This document shows, piece by piece, positions 52,310-64,000 of a stretch of DNA of 64,000 bases. The notes beneath the pieces are model-generated. The model was given only the letters and a program-made list of their open reading frames with translations. It was not told the origin of the DNA and ran no database searches. Positions within the stretch are counted from its first letter, which is position 1. Every line of letters starts with the position of its first letter. The stretch is from Epiperipatus broadwayi (lineage: Eukaryota > Animalia > Onychophora), in contig JAQFVV010000002.1 of assembly GCA_028023455.1 (NCBI GenBank), forward strand, positions 30,814,001 through 30,878,000. The letters run 5' to 3'. The translations under genes were made by a program, and so were the position numbers.

Positions 52310-52720
52310 ACAGGCTTAAACCTGCATTTATATATGTAATATATGCGGGATTTGAACTCAGACTTTCACACGACCCCCTACTCTTAGTGCCATCTCATAT
52401 TGCCGAATCATCTGATCACACACATGTTGAAAAGATAAATAATAACCAATATACGTATTTCATGCTAAACCAGCGATCATCAGTTGGTCTAGATTACTAT
52501 CCTCTCGCATATATACAATCAGTGCTCAGCTTTATATTAAGATAGCAAATCTTCATACTTTAATGGACAGGCTTCAAACTATTCCAACTCACAACTCTTC
52601 AGCCTTCCATTTCATTGAAAATCTGACGATAGAACGTTCAAAGCCCTTGTTAGTGCCAAGGTTGTCATCCTACCCATGTTGACATATTAGTCATTCTGAC
52701 CCCTCATGTACAGGAGAAAA
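52310..52720 (-). mobile_element. Hammerhead repeat monomer, minus strand
   Basis: Minus 52445-52490: agaccaa ctgatga tcgctggtttagcat gaaa tacgtat a ttggtt; stem II base mutated. Confidence 0.8.
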
Positions 52721-52924
52721 GTTTTGTATTACATTTTTTCTACCTGATAGGTCATTGGTATACCACTTATCAGAAGATCTAAATTTTGCAATGTAGCTGA
52801 CTTCTACCACTTCACTTTCCTGTTAAAATTTAAATAATCAACTCTTTATTCTAAATAGAGGGATTTTAATTTAGGATTTTCTGTCTGTATTCATCCTCGG
52901 CATTCCATCTCAAACATCTGAGAA

Positions 52925-53690
52925 AATAAATGATCCCCAATGAATATATTTTGTGCAGAACCAGCACTCAACAGTTGGGCCAGATTATAATCTCACACAT
53001 ATATACAGTCAGTGGTCCGCTTATATTTAAGTTAGTAGCTTAAATTTTAATGCACTGAAAAACCAATGATGGGATGCTCAAAGCTCTTGGAGGATTTGAT
53101 ATTATAGTCATACCCATGTAGGCATTAAGTCAATTCAGCCCTTCATATTATCGGACCATTACCACTCATTTATATTAATAGAGGAGGAAATGGACTAGAT
53201 TTATATTATGAATAAGTAAATTACACATTGCCTTGGAAATAGGTTACATCGTAGTATAAGTCTAGCCCACCTTCTCTTCCATTAATATAAATGGATATAT
53301 AATAGTCTGATAATATGAGGGGTTAGGTTGACATAATGTCTACATGGATATGACTACGATATCAAATCCTCCAAGAGCTTTGAGTATTTCATCATCGATT
53401 TTTCAATGAAATGGACAGTTGAATTGTTTGTTGGAAGGATGAGAAGATTGAAGCCTGTCCATTAAGGTTTAAGGAGATGCTATATTAATATAAGCCAAAC
53501 ACTGTTTGTATATATGTGTGGGAGATTATGATCTGGCCCAGCTGATCCACGCTGGTTCTGCACAGTATTGGGGACCATTTATCTTTTTCACATTGTGTGG
53601 TCATGTGTATTGGTTATTTGAGATAGAATGGGGGATAACTATAGACTGAAAATCCCAAATTCAAATCTCTCTATTATCATAAACATTCAG
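52925..53690. mobile_element. Diverged hammerhead-repeat subfamily, inverted pair with decayed cores
   Basis: Minus copy 52930-53170 (gcagaaccagcactcaacagttgggccag) and plus copy ~53300-53690 (ctggcccagctgatccacgctggttctgcac); the copies share caaatcctccaagagctttgag in opposite orientations. Confidence 0.65.
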
Positions 53691-56600
53691 TATACTGAAT
53701 GAATAGGTTAATTCTTTATTCTCTATATTTTTATGCAGATTATCGATAATTTTATTTGTTCGATTTGATTATATACAGCAATCTTCCTGGATTTTCACCT
53801 GATTTTTTTTTTTATTCAAATACATTTTTCTAGATTTAATTACCATAAGAGAAGAACTTTATAATGTAGTGATTAGAACATATGTCATTCTTTTGACATG
53901 AGATTTGTATCTGGTTTTATGAATGTTTTTATGATGTTTGAGTATCTCTAAGCAGTGTCTTCTTCCTTTTTTAGGTAGGTGGCATATGCTCTTCAGTTAA
54001 AATTATTAATAATAAATGAATACATAGCTGTTTTTATCATAGATTTTTCTTCACTTGCTACTGTAATATTTAGGTAGTCTGTGAGTAATGTCTTTAGTGT
54101 TCCTCTGTATGAAGAAATGCTGTAGAGATCTATGCAGTAGATCATTTTAGACTACATTTTATTTAGACCATATGGCAAAACATGATTTTCTAAATAAAGA
54201 AATTCTGAAATGGAAAAAATGCTATCTAATCTCTCACTATAAAGAAAGTTTGATTAATTGGCTAAATTGTATTTTAGAAAATGGTACTACTGTTTGGAAT
54301 GAGCGATTGCTTTTATCCCTAATCCAAATCTTGAATGGTTATTTATACAGTATGGTATAACATAACCCCACTGTTTTTTTCTAATTACTGTTTCTATCTT
54401 TAAGCTGTGTTAAATAGATGGTTTAAAATCTTACTTTTTAAAGATCTCTGTCTATTCTGTTTATCTTTACTTATTTACATGAAGTTCTCTTGTCAAAGAT
54501 AGATTGGGTAAGCAAAACACTAAATACAGTAGTCTTGATTTTTTTATGCGTATGTAATTATATATTAGTATTAATTTGTAAAAGAAATATTTTTAAACAG
54601 TAAAAAAAATGTATATTTTACTAGATTAGGGGTCAAAAATCAATACAATACAATACAATGTATTCACAAGATCTATTATACTTTGTTACAGCCTCCTCAC
54701 ATAATTGCATCTTGAATATGTCATGTTTTGTTAGTAATTGCATATTAAATATGTCATGTTTTGTTGGTAAGCCTTGATTACAGTAGAATACACATTGTTT
54801 ACTGAACCACAAGCCAACAATAATTTTCTACCTGCACATACATGTAACACACCCATTTTTGTGTGATGCACATATATAAACTAAGATTGTAATATAAATA
54901 AAATTAAAAATAAAAATGAAGTTATTAATAATAAATTGAAGGAGCACATTTGTATATATATTTACTGTGTGTGTGTGTTTATTCATTCACTAACTTTCTA
55001 GCATCCATTGATTACTATGACTTGCATTAGGTAAGAATATTGTACGGAGAAAATTGAAATGGGATCATGTGATGTTATAGTGGTTTATTTTAAATTTGTT
55101 TATATTCGGTCAAATAAGGCTGCACAATCTATAGACAACTGTAGTTTGTAATAAACTCAATATTTTTAATTTTTTGAGGCTATCCTAATGTGGTCCCAAT
55201 TTCTTTTCTCCTTTCTCAGACTTTACAATTTTGGGCACGATCAAAATGGAAAATATAGAATTCTTAATTTTAAATAAATTTCATATCGTTTCTATTGGTT
55301 TTAATGGATTGAAATTTAAGCAAATGTAGGTCGTACGTTTAATGCCCATGTGTACCTTTTATTATTGGTGGAGGCTGTGTCATGCTACTTTTTTTAATGA
55401 TAAATATATTGTCACTCATCGGAGCAATCATGATTACCTTGTTACTTTGCTCTCCAGGTGCGAACAACTACATGCACATTTACCAACATCTTCATTGAAT
55501 ACAAACTGAATCGTTCTTTGGATGGATAACCATACAATTAGTAATAACGCTTCAGATATTTTTACTTATATGGGAAAAAATGCAAGTTCTGTTCTGGTAA
55601 ATCATAGAATAGAATTTAATGTGTATGGTTACACACACACACACACACATATATATATTTATATATCTTTTACTTCAACAAAAAACTCCAGCAAAAGATC
55701 TATTATAGGTTAACTAGAAAACTTGTTTAGCCTCAGGGCATCATCTATTAGTAATTAATCATTTCTTGGCAACTTCAAGGGTTAAAGGTTATCTCTTTAC
55801 ATGGATATTATTTCATTTCTATTTTTTATTATGATAATAATCCATGGAAATATTTAATTTATATATATACTGTAACCTCCTCAAAGAAGCGATGGCCCAT
55901 CTCTACTCTCCCCGCATGCACACACTACATCTAGAGCGGATGGCCTCAGAATTGATGGTGATGGGACATCAAATTGCATGGGCGCCAAATTGTAACTTTA
56001 ATTAAAATTCAATATACTACTTATTAGTTAATAATAATTCACTTAATTCTTTACACTAATATCCAATGAATGGGTAATAAATAAAATTTTCAACAAATAA
56101 ACACTGAGAGTGATATTACTAATAATATTCTCGTTATTTATTATATTGGTTTGGGGAGGAGGAAAATCGTAGTTCAACTCCCCGCTGTATTACAAATCTC
56201 GCAGCACCCTTCCCATCCATTTAACATCAAAGTCACAATTAAAATTTAAGGAAATTAAATTTATTTCCATGCCTATCCTCATCTTCCTGGCCCATAACTC
56301 TACCACACTCTCAATGATAACTCAGTTTTGCTAATGATAATCTTGTAATTGTTAATTCTAAAACTTTTCTTTATTTTCCTCCCGATTAATTTTCTTTGCT
56401 AACTTTTATTTACAGTATGATAATCTTGTCTCAGGGCTTCAGAATAGTAAAGTGTGAAAAATTAGCACACTGATGTGAATTATCAGTCATAAATGAATAC
56501 TCTCCCAGTGATTATATCCATAGTTAACCTTGGCTGAATTTCACATAGCCAATGTCCACTTTCTCTATTTTTCCAAATAATTAAGATCAAAATTTAACTA

Positions 56601-59600
56601 CAAATTTGGTAAATAAAGTACTATAAACATTCTAATAATTTAGAAATTTTTATACAATTAGTTCACCTGGGAATGTATTTGAATACAGCAGATGGAGAAA
56701 GGACTTTTATGTCCATCCATTACACTCTATATCACCTAATAACCCTACTGCGTACTATAAATCTTAAACTTTAGTTACTTATTTTCTGTAATTATTAATT
56801 TGAAATTGCAGTGCTAAATAATTTTTCTTATATAAAATTGGATAATAAAACATTATAAATAATCTCTTCAATAATTTACCTGAAATAGTGTAATAAAATT
56901 GAACCATAATTAAAATTCAAGTAATAATGTATTGGTGTATAATTAGGGTTTTCAGAAATTATGGGATCCGCAAAACATTGAGACACAGACAAAGCTTTAT
57001 TTTAAAATGACAACATTTTATTAACAAAGATAAACTAAAAAGGTATTTACAGTATTTACATGTTTTCTCATAGCCTTCCCCTGTTCTTCAACCATATAAA
57101 AAAAACAAAAACAGCAGATACTGCTAAATTGTAATAGGACAAAGTATTGTTCAATTAGCAATGAACTGGGGTCTCCAACTGCTACTGAATGACTTTATTC
57201 AATGAATAGGTAACTATACTAATTAACTTTAAATAATCACATAACCTTTAAATATGACAATAACTGTTAACTTCTTAAGTATATTTCTAAACTTTAAACT
57301 ACTTTATTTACTTTGCGGTTGCGAATATTGGTCACGAAAACCACTCTTCACGAAATATTGAGCTAGTAATTCACACATTAATTAACTCAACTTAATATGC
57401 ATTAACCACTTGCTTTTAAAATTTAAAATATTTTACAGCATTTGAATTAAACGACTGTTCAAGTGTTAAGAATCGAACCACAGACAGCTTATACTTATAC
57501 GCATGTAAAACATATACCAATGTCCCCTCAGGAGTAATATTTTAGTTGGCTTACCATTCCAGCGATGTGATCATCTGGCTGTAAAACGGAACTTTTGATA
57601 CGCAGTGCTTATTATTACACAAGCATGTTTTATTTCACAAATTCAATACTTAACTTATACTTAGTCTTGGCACTTAACTAGCTACCTAAAACTAAATAAA
57701 ACGCAATGTCTTGGTACAATAGATAACACTTTCAAACCCACACTCACAAATAAGCAGCAAATTGATTCTATGACCCTGTTAACAATATTCATATACCATA
57801 ACTAATATACACCCGTAAGGAAACGAAGTCAGCATCAACATGAGTGTTGGCAAAAACCCAGAATAAGAGAAAAAGCACCTTTTCATTGAGGTTAAGGTAT
57901 GCTAGGATTAATCGCTAGTCAGACAAATATAAATGGGTTTGCATAAAGCACTGCAGCTATTAATAAAGAAATCATCTTACGGTGTAAAATTAAACAAAGT
58001 GAGAAATTCAGCCACCATCGCTAAATACTTCATAAATTTTACTATTGAGTAACGAGTTATGCTACAGCTTCACTGGCTGAGTGACGATCCTTTATCCAAC
58101 CACGCAAACAAGGGCCATTCACCGATCCACTTGAACATATATGAGAATTTAAACTTAAATTACATCCACAAAATATTGCACTAACGCATGAGCCAACAAT
58201 TTTATAAGCTTAAATCAGCTTCTAAATCATTTCTCACTTTAATAATAAAAATAAAATAAAACGAAAAATGCGCATCATTTGCAAAATCATCTCCCCCCCC
58301 CCCTTTTGGGACTAAGTTATTTAATTCTGCCACAACATGCATTCCATATTAAAATATTTCATTAGCACAAAACATTTAATAATAATAACCCGATCGCTTA
58401 AAAACACTTCATATACTAAATATTTTCATTCATAACTTTTGTTCATCTAATTATGGTAAAGCAATAATTTTGTAGTTAAAAAAACATATCTCAAAATTTT
58501 ATACTAACTCAAACTAAGAAGAAGAAAAAAATCTAAATATTTGTTAACTCTAAACTTAGGCATATGGATAACTCGTATGCTAACACATTTAGATAAATAT
58601 AGTTTCAAAAAAAAAAAAATAATAACAAGGAATAAAAATTATACTTAAATAGTTCTTGGTCAATCGTCCTCCAAGTCTTTTATACTGCTGCAGCTCCAAG
58701 TCTCACTTATAGTTTTGTGTGCACGTATTGGAATACTTAATCCATGGAAAATTATTAATAAACTCTTTCACGAACTAATCCTTATGGTTTAAACATTTAT
58801 GTTCGAAGTTTTAGCTATAACACACTTTTTAAACAGGAAAACATTAATCCAGAGGGTATTTATTTGATCGATTCACGTTTTAGACATAAATAATCCTTGC
58901 AATTCAAAGAAGTAATAAAATTTTTAAATGACCATTAATTCCTTTCCACAGTTTATGTTTCTTCAATAGGATTTTATTTAATGTTAGAAGGCAAGCAGCT
59001 TTCTCTTAATTTTCCTTTCAGACACATATGTCGGTTCCTGGTAACTTAGGTTGAAATGATCATGTGATGTTTTGATGGTTTTATATCTATCTTGTCCATG
59101 TGTTTGTGCTTTTTGAAAAACCAGACACCAAATTATATCAATACTGAACTAAGTTCAAATTTATATGATGATAAAAGTGATTGATCGTAGGTTGGAAACG
59201 TGGTTGTTTTCATCTTGAGTTCCTAGCTTTATACTTAACCTAATAGATAAAAAGGGACTGCTCAAGGGTTGCATTGGAACCTGAGATTTAGGAGCAGTGA
59301 TCTCATGAAGCCACAAGCTAGAAATTAGTCTGGGGATGTTGAATGAGTAGGCACTAGATAGGGATTTTTGCACAGTTTGACACTCTTATTGATAGCGATT
59401 TAGTTTTTATTTAAATAAACTCATATCACTTAAGTTAATAGTCAAGTTTAAATTTTAACAGTAATTTAACTAAAGCCTCCTTTATATTGGCTTAATGTTA
59501 TACAATCAAATGTTGCTTTATATAATAAGTTTCTATAATTATCCATAGAAGGCTTAAATAGGTGGCCTTAATAGATTGTATGTAGATATTCAAATATTCA

Positions 59601-59825
59601 TTAAAAATAGTATTTGAGAAAACAAAGTACTGTCTTACTCACATTTGATAAAACAATCCAATATAACTACATTATTTATTTATAATTGCTTAGCAAAGAT
59701 CATAGAACAACCTTTTTCCAACTTCTAATTAAAAGACAGATTTAACAATTACAGCTAAACATAAAAGTAACAATTTGCTTAAAAATTGTAATTTTTCCAA
59801 TTTTAAGTAAATGTGATCAAGTATA

Positions 59826-60450
59826 AGAATGACTAAAGATTGATTATGATGAGTTATAAGAAGTTAAGAGTTACAAACACCTTGGTCAGATTATTAATAC
59901 AGATGGAAACATAATGGAAGAAATTAATCATAGAGTTAAACTTGGTTGGAGTGCTTTTGTTAGAAATAACTTGATACTAAAAGGAAATATGCCTATGTGT
60001 TTGAAAAGGAAGGTTTTTAACAAATGTGTTTTACCAGTTCTTACTTATGGATCTGAGACTTGGACACTTAATAGAAGAGCAATACAGAGACTTCAGACCA
60101 CTCAAAGAAGTATGGAGAGATGCATGTTGGGAGTAACAAGAAGAGATCGAAAACCCAATGTATGGGTAAGAAAACAAACAGGTGTTACTGACCTCATTGA
60201 AAAAATTAAAAGATTGGAGTTGGGCTGGATATATTGCTAGAAGAGATGATAATAGGTGGACAATTGAAATCTTAAACCGGATTCCAAGAGATTGTAAAAG
60301 CCCAGAAAGAGACCACATGTTAGATGGATGGATGAAATAAGAAAATGTGCATGGGTGATGTGGAGAAGAGAAGCTAAATGTCGGAGAAGATGGATTGAAC
60401 TTGGAGAGTCCTTCATCCTGCAGTGGATTGATAATGGCTGATGATGATAA
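59826..60450 (+). mobile_element. 5'-truncated RTE copy
   Basis: MEEINHRVKLGWSAF...VLTYGSETW is nearly identical to the RTE ORF C-terminus; tgatgatgata tail. Confidence 0.9.
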
Positions 60451-60545
60451 AAATGACTGTAATTTTGAAAATATTTTAGTTTTAATTGTAAATGAATCAA
60501 TATTTTGTTGAATGTCAAATATTAATAATTAAGAAATTATAAATG

Positions 60546-60910
60546 AGAGTTCAGACCAGTTTTCTTATCTCTAGTTCTTCTTCACAAACCAACAAACTTT
60601 CTTATTTCATCCATCCTCTTCACATCTAGTCTCTTTCTATTTCACCCACAATTCCTTGAGATCCAATTAAAAACTTTAACAATCCATTTATTATCGTATC
60701 TTCTAGAAATAGAACCAGGACAACTCCATTTTATTCTCTTAATTTTTTTCAGTGTTGTTAGTGTTATCTGTTTTGCTCTCTCACCCATATATGTCAATTC
60801 AGTTTCTTGTAGTCATTTCTAATATACATCTGTCTATACTTCATTAAGTTGTCTGAAGATCCTATATTGCTCTTCTGCTAAGTCTCCAGGTCTCAGATTC
60901 GTAAGATTGG
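60546..60910 (-). mobile_element. Degenerate RTE 3' fragment, minus strand
   Basis: Diverged reverse complement of the RTE 3' end (tctccaggtctcagattcgtaag; tttcatccatcctcttcacatc). Confidence 0.55.
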
Positions 60911-62533
60911 TAAGCTTCATCTATTAAAAATCTTTTTAAAGACAGGTATATTTTCTTTTGGTATTAAGTTGGGGATCGTGGGTTGGTGTGTGCATATGTA
61001 ATCATATCAATTATGGTAGATCTGACTGGCATAGCCAATTCAGTTAGCCATTTAATATTGATTAGTAAATGGGTTGCTATCTATTTTTAGCTAAATAAAA
61101 TAAGGATAGAAAACCATTCTGATCTTGATCCCCATCTCTTCCTTCAGAAATTGGGAAGCCTGGTGAGTACCGCCCTCTTTGCTTCCTTTTTACTTTGCGG
61201 ATAGTTATTTAAAAGTTCTTTCCATTTACCTGTATATAATTTGAAAGTATTTACACAAATTAGAAAACTTATATGTTATTAACTTCTGATTGACTACTGG
61301 TGTTATTAATGAGAAAGTATTAAATATTAATAAATTATTTATTATCCAATTCATTTTGAAATATATTGTTTTTGATATCAGAAATAAAGAAATATACATC
61401 CCTATCACAACATACTCAAAACATCTATAATAAACGATTTACTTCGCCAGTTGTTCGTGATGATTGTATTGCGCGTTAAAGCAAATTGTTATAATTATTA
61501 TTATTGTTTGTTAGTTTAATATCTTCACCAATTTGCGTTAAAGCACAATATAATCATCAAAACACCTATGTAACATATCAAAACATTTAAAAAGGCGTTT
61601 AGTGTATTTATTACATATAGAGAAAAATATAATTGAAAGTTTCATTTGGAAAGATAGAATCTATAAAATTATATAAAAAAGTGGAAATAATGTTCTGGTG
61701 AAGGTTGGAAGTAAGAGAGTGTATACTTTTAAATTGCATATATAATGAAGTATATAATTGAGTAAGAGATGAAATAAATTTATCATTTTATTTGATATTA
61801 TACCCAACTTCTACTGTTCATGTTAATACGAAAAGATAAAATAAAGTAATAAGAAAGTCTTAAAAGCACTGATCCAGCTTTTGGCAGACTGTTGCCAGAA
61901 TCATGGTGCTGAAGAGAACCATACATATATAGTGGCCAAGTCCAGTATGTAAATTAGGCCCAGTATGTGAATTGGATGTTTCATTTTTTGATAATGGGAC
62001 ATAGGAAACTTCTCTATTGATGGAAATAGCCAAAGTCTTTCTATACTTTTTTTTCATATCCCTCATGACGCATATTGTTATTACATTGGAGGGAGAAAAG
62101 GTGTGGCTCATAACCAGCTCATGATCAAAAAAGTGCAATCTGTATTCATGATTAATGATTATTACTAAATTTCATAATTTAAATCGTTTTTTTTTTATTC
62201 ACCCTCTATTGTCTTTCACGTTATTGTTATCATTCACTTAAGTTAGTTCAGAGCTCAATTATTAGGAGCTGCTTATGTTGTTGATAATTTATATGTGTTT
62301 TTAATAAAATTAGTAATAAGTATTTCATCATGCTTGATGTGGTAATAGGATTGTATGCAACTGTATTACATGCAAAACAATTCTCATTCAAAGCTTTTAT
62401 TTTTATTATGTTATTTGCTTTTTTATGAACTTGCCATATCTGTATATGTTTCTGTATGTATGCGTAAATTTTTGAAATTTGCTTCATCCGATAGTTTTAA
62501 CAAAATAATATGTAAAAAAAATTTTTTTTTTAA

Positions 62534-62631
62534 AGTGAAGCATTGGTGGCTGAGTGGTTAGCACAGCTACCTTACAAGCAGGTGTCCCGGGTTCGCTTCC
62601 TGGCCGATGCTTTGAAACATGGAAAAAAAAA
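62534..62631 (+). mobile_element. tRNA-derived SINE
   Basis: ggtggctgagtgg A box, cttacaa loop, ggttcgcttcc B box, A tail. Confidence 0.8.
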
Positions 62632-62983
62632 TAATGCTTTTATGTAAACAGTATAAGCCGACTAAAAAAGTAGAAAAATAAAGTAAACCAACTAAAAAGT
62701 AGAACAAAACTGAATCCTGGTTAATTTGTCATTCTTGGAAAATATCTGAGATCTTAAGAATCTAAATTTGTTATAAAACAATTGGACTCAAATGCTTTTA
62801 TGAAATGACAATATTTCTGCAGTGTCCAATTGTTTTCAAACAAGTCTAGATTCTTAAGATCTCTGATATTTTCCAAGAATGGAAAATTAACCAAGATTCA
62901 TTTTTTCCTTTGATTTTTTTAGTCAGGTTACTTTATTTTTCTATGTCTTAGTTGGCTAGTACTGTTTACATTAAAGCATTATT
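62630..62983. mobile_element. Fold-back/MITE-like palindrome, ~155-bp arms
   Basis: 62630-62787 is inverted to 62824-62983. Confidence 0.72.
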
Positions 62984-63144
62984 TAAACAATTTTTTTTTT
63001 ACATATTTTTTCCTAATTAGAGTGACGAATTCATTAATAAATCGTATGATAATAATGGAAATGATAAAGTATCTTACATTAAGATTTAATTATAGATAAA
63101 AATATTATTTTTATGTTAATATGTGTACATACTTTATTTGTTAG

Positions 63145-63260
63145 ATTTTTCCTAGCCGAGAGAATGTCCGTTTAAGTTTAGAAGGCTACTGCAGTGGTGG
63201 GAGTTTGCCATACAGCGTTAACACAGCTAAAAAACAACCTTATTTGAATAGTTTTCTGCA
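63145..63260 (+). CDS. TDP1: Next TDP1 coding exon (116 nt, phase 0-2)
   Basis: Acceptor tttatttgttag|, donor |gtaagt. Translates [38 protein letters not shown], matching TDP1 [38 protein letters not shown]. Continues in frame from the 19412-19591 exon. Confidence 0.93.
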
Positions 63261-63940
63261 GTAAGTTAAATTTTATAATAAAATTTAGATGCATGTTGTA
63301 ATTCTAAAATTTACAAATTAACTTGCATTAAGGAAAAATATTTAAATTCCAAATAGAAAGTTTTTTATTTTTTTCATAATAGTTCGAAAATGGTTTATTG
63401 AGAATGTAAAAAAATAAATGCACTAATTTATATATTTGGAGGAAACTTTGAAAATATTAAATGCAATCTTTAGTCATCACATTATTATGGTCATTTAATT
63501 CAAATGACAAAAAATGTATGTCCTTCTCTCAGGTTATAGTTTTAGATGGCATTAGTTTTTTTATTTATTTACATAAGATTAAAACATAAAAATGAATTGA
63601 TAACAAACATTGACAATTATCATTCTAATTGTAGTATGTGGGTAAGTGTTGTGGTCACATATCGGATTCTGAAGTATAAGGTCGCAAATTGATTCTGGTT
63701 TTGTTACTTCCAGCATTCCAACTTTTTATGAACTCTCAGGCCAGTAGAGAATCTGGTTATTATTATCATTCAAGTGACATAATTTTAAAAATACTTTTAT
63801 ATGTCAAAATTTATAGAATATATAAGCTATAGATTTTTTTAAAAGTAAGCATGAAAGAATTATTATTATAAATACATATTTATGCATGAATGTATTGGAA
63901 TGATGCATCTTGTTCATAATTATTTTACAGACTTTTTAGT

Positions 63941-64000
63941 GCAGCTTGGTGTAGTTGGTAGAGCATCTGACCTAGGATCGGGAAGTCTGCTCGACCTTAT
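63941..64000 (+). other. tRNA-like sequence (probably another SINE head), cut by window end
   Basis: tggtgtagttggtagagc A-box/D-arm and tctga-cctagga-tcggg arm; no canonical B box before the window ends. Confidence 0.35.

Overview
AT-rich eukaryotic (probably invertebrate animal) genomic DNA that is mostly intronic. Two + strand exons of TDP1 (tyrosyl-DNA phosphodiesterase 1) lie at 19412-19591 and 63145-63260, separated by a 43.6-kb intron. No earlier TDP1 exon was found in the first 19.4 kb. The introns hold many mobile elements: two near-full-length inactivated RTE-clade LINEs plus fragments, a degenerate L1/Tx1-like RT with a zf-RVT tail, a near-full-length SPIN-like (Buster/hAT) transposon with TIRs and TSD, an hAT deletion derivative, a Ty3/gypsy gag remnant, tRNA-Val-derived SINEs, fold-back elements, and tandem arrays derived from LINE coding sequence. 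The main unexplained structure is a non-coding repeat family (~470-nt monomer, ~370-nt variant) at about ten loci. It carries a type I hammerhead ribozyme core with a palindromic minimal stem III and recurs as an inverted fragment plus head-to-tail copies, resembling a retrozyme or non-autonomous Penelope-like element. All family assignments come from reading the sequence and recalling known families; no database search was run.
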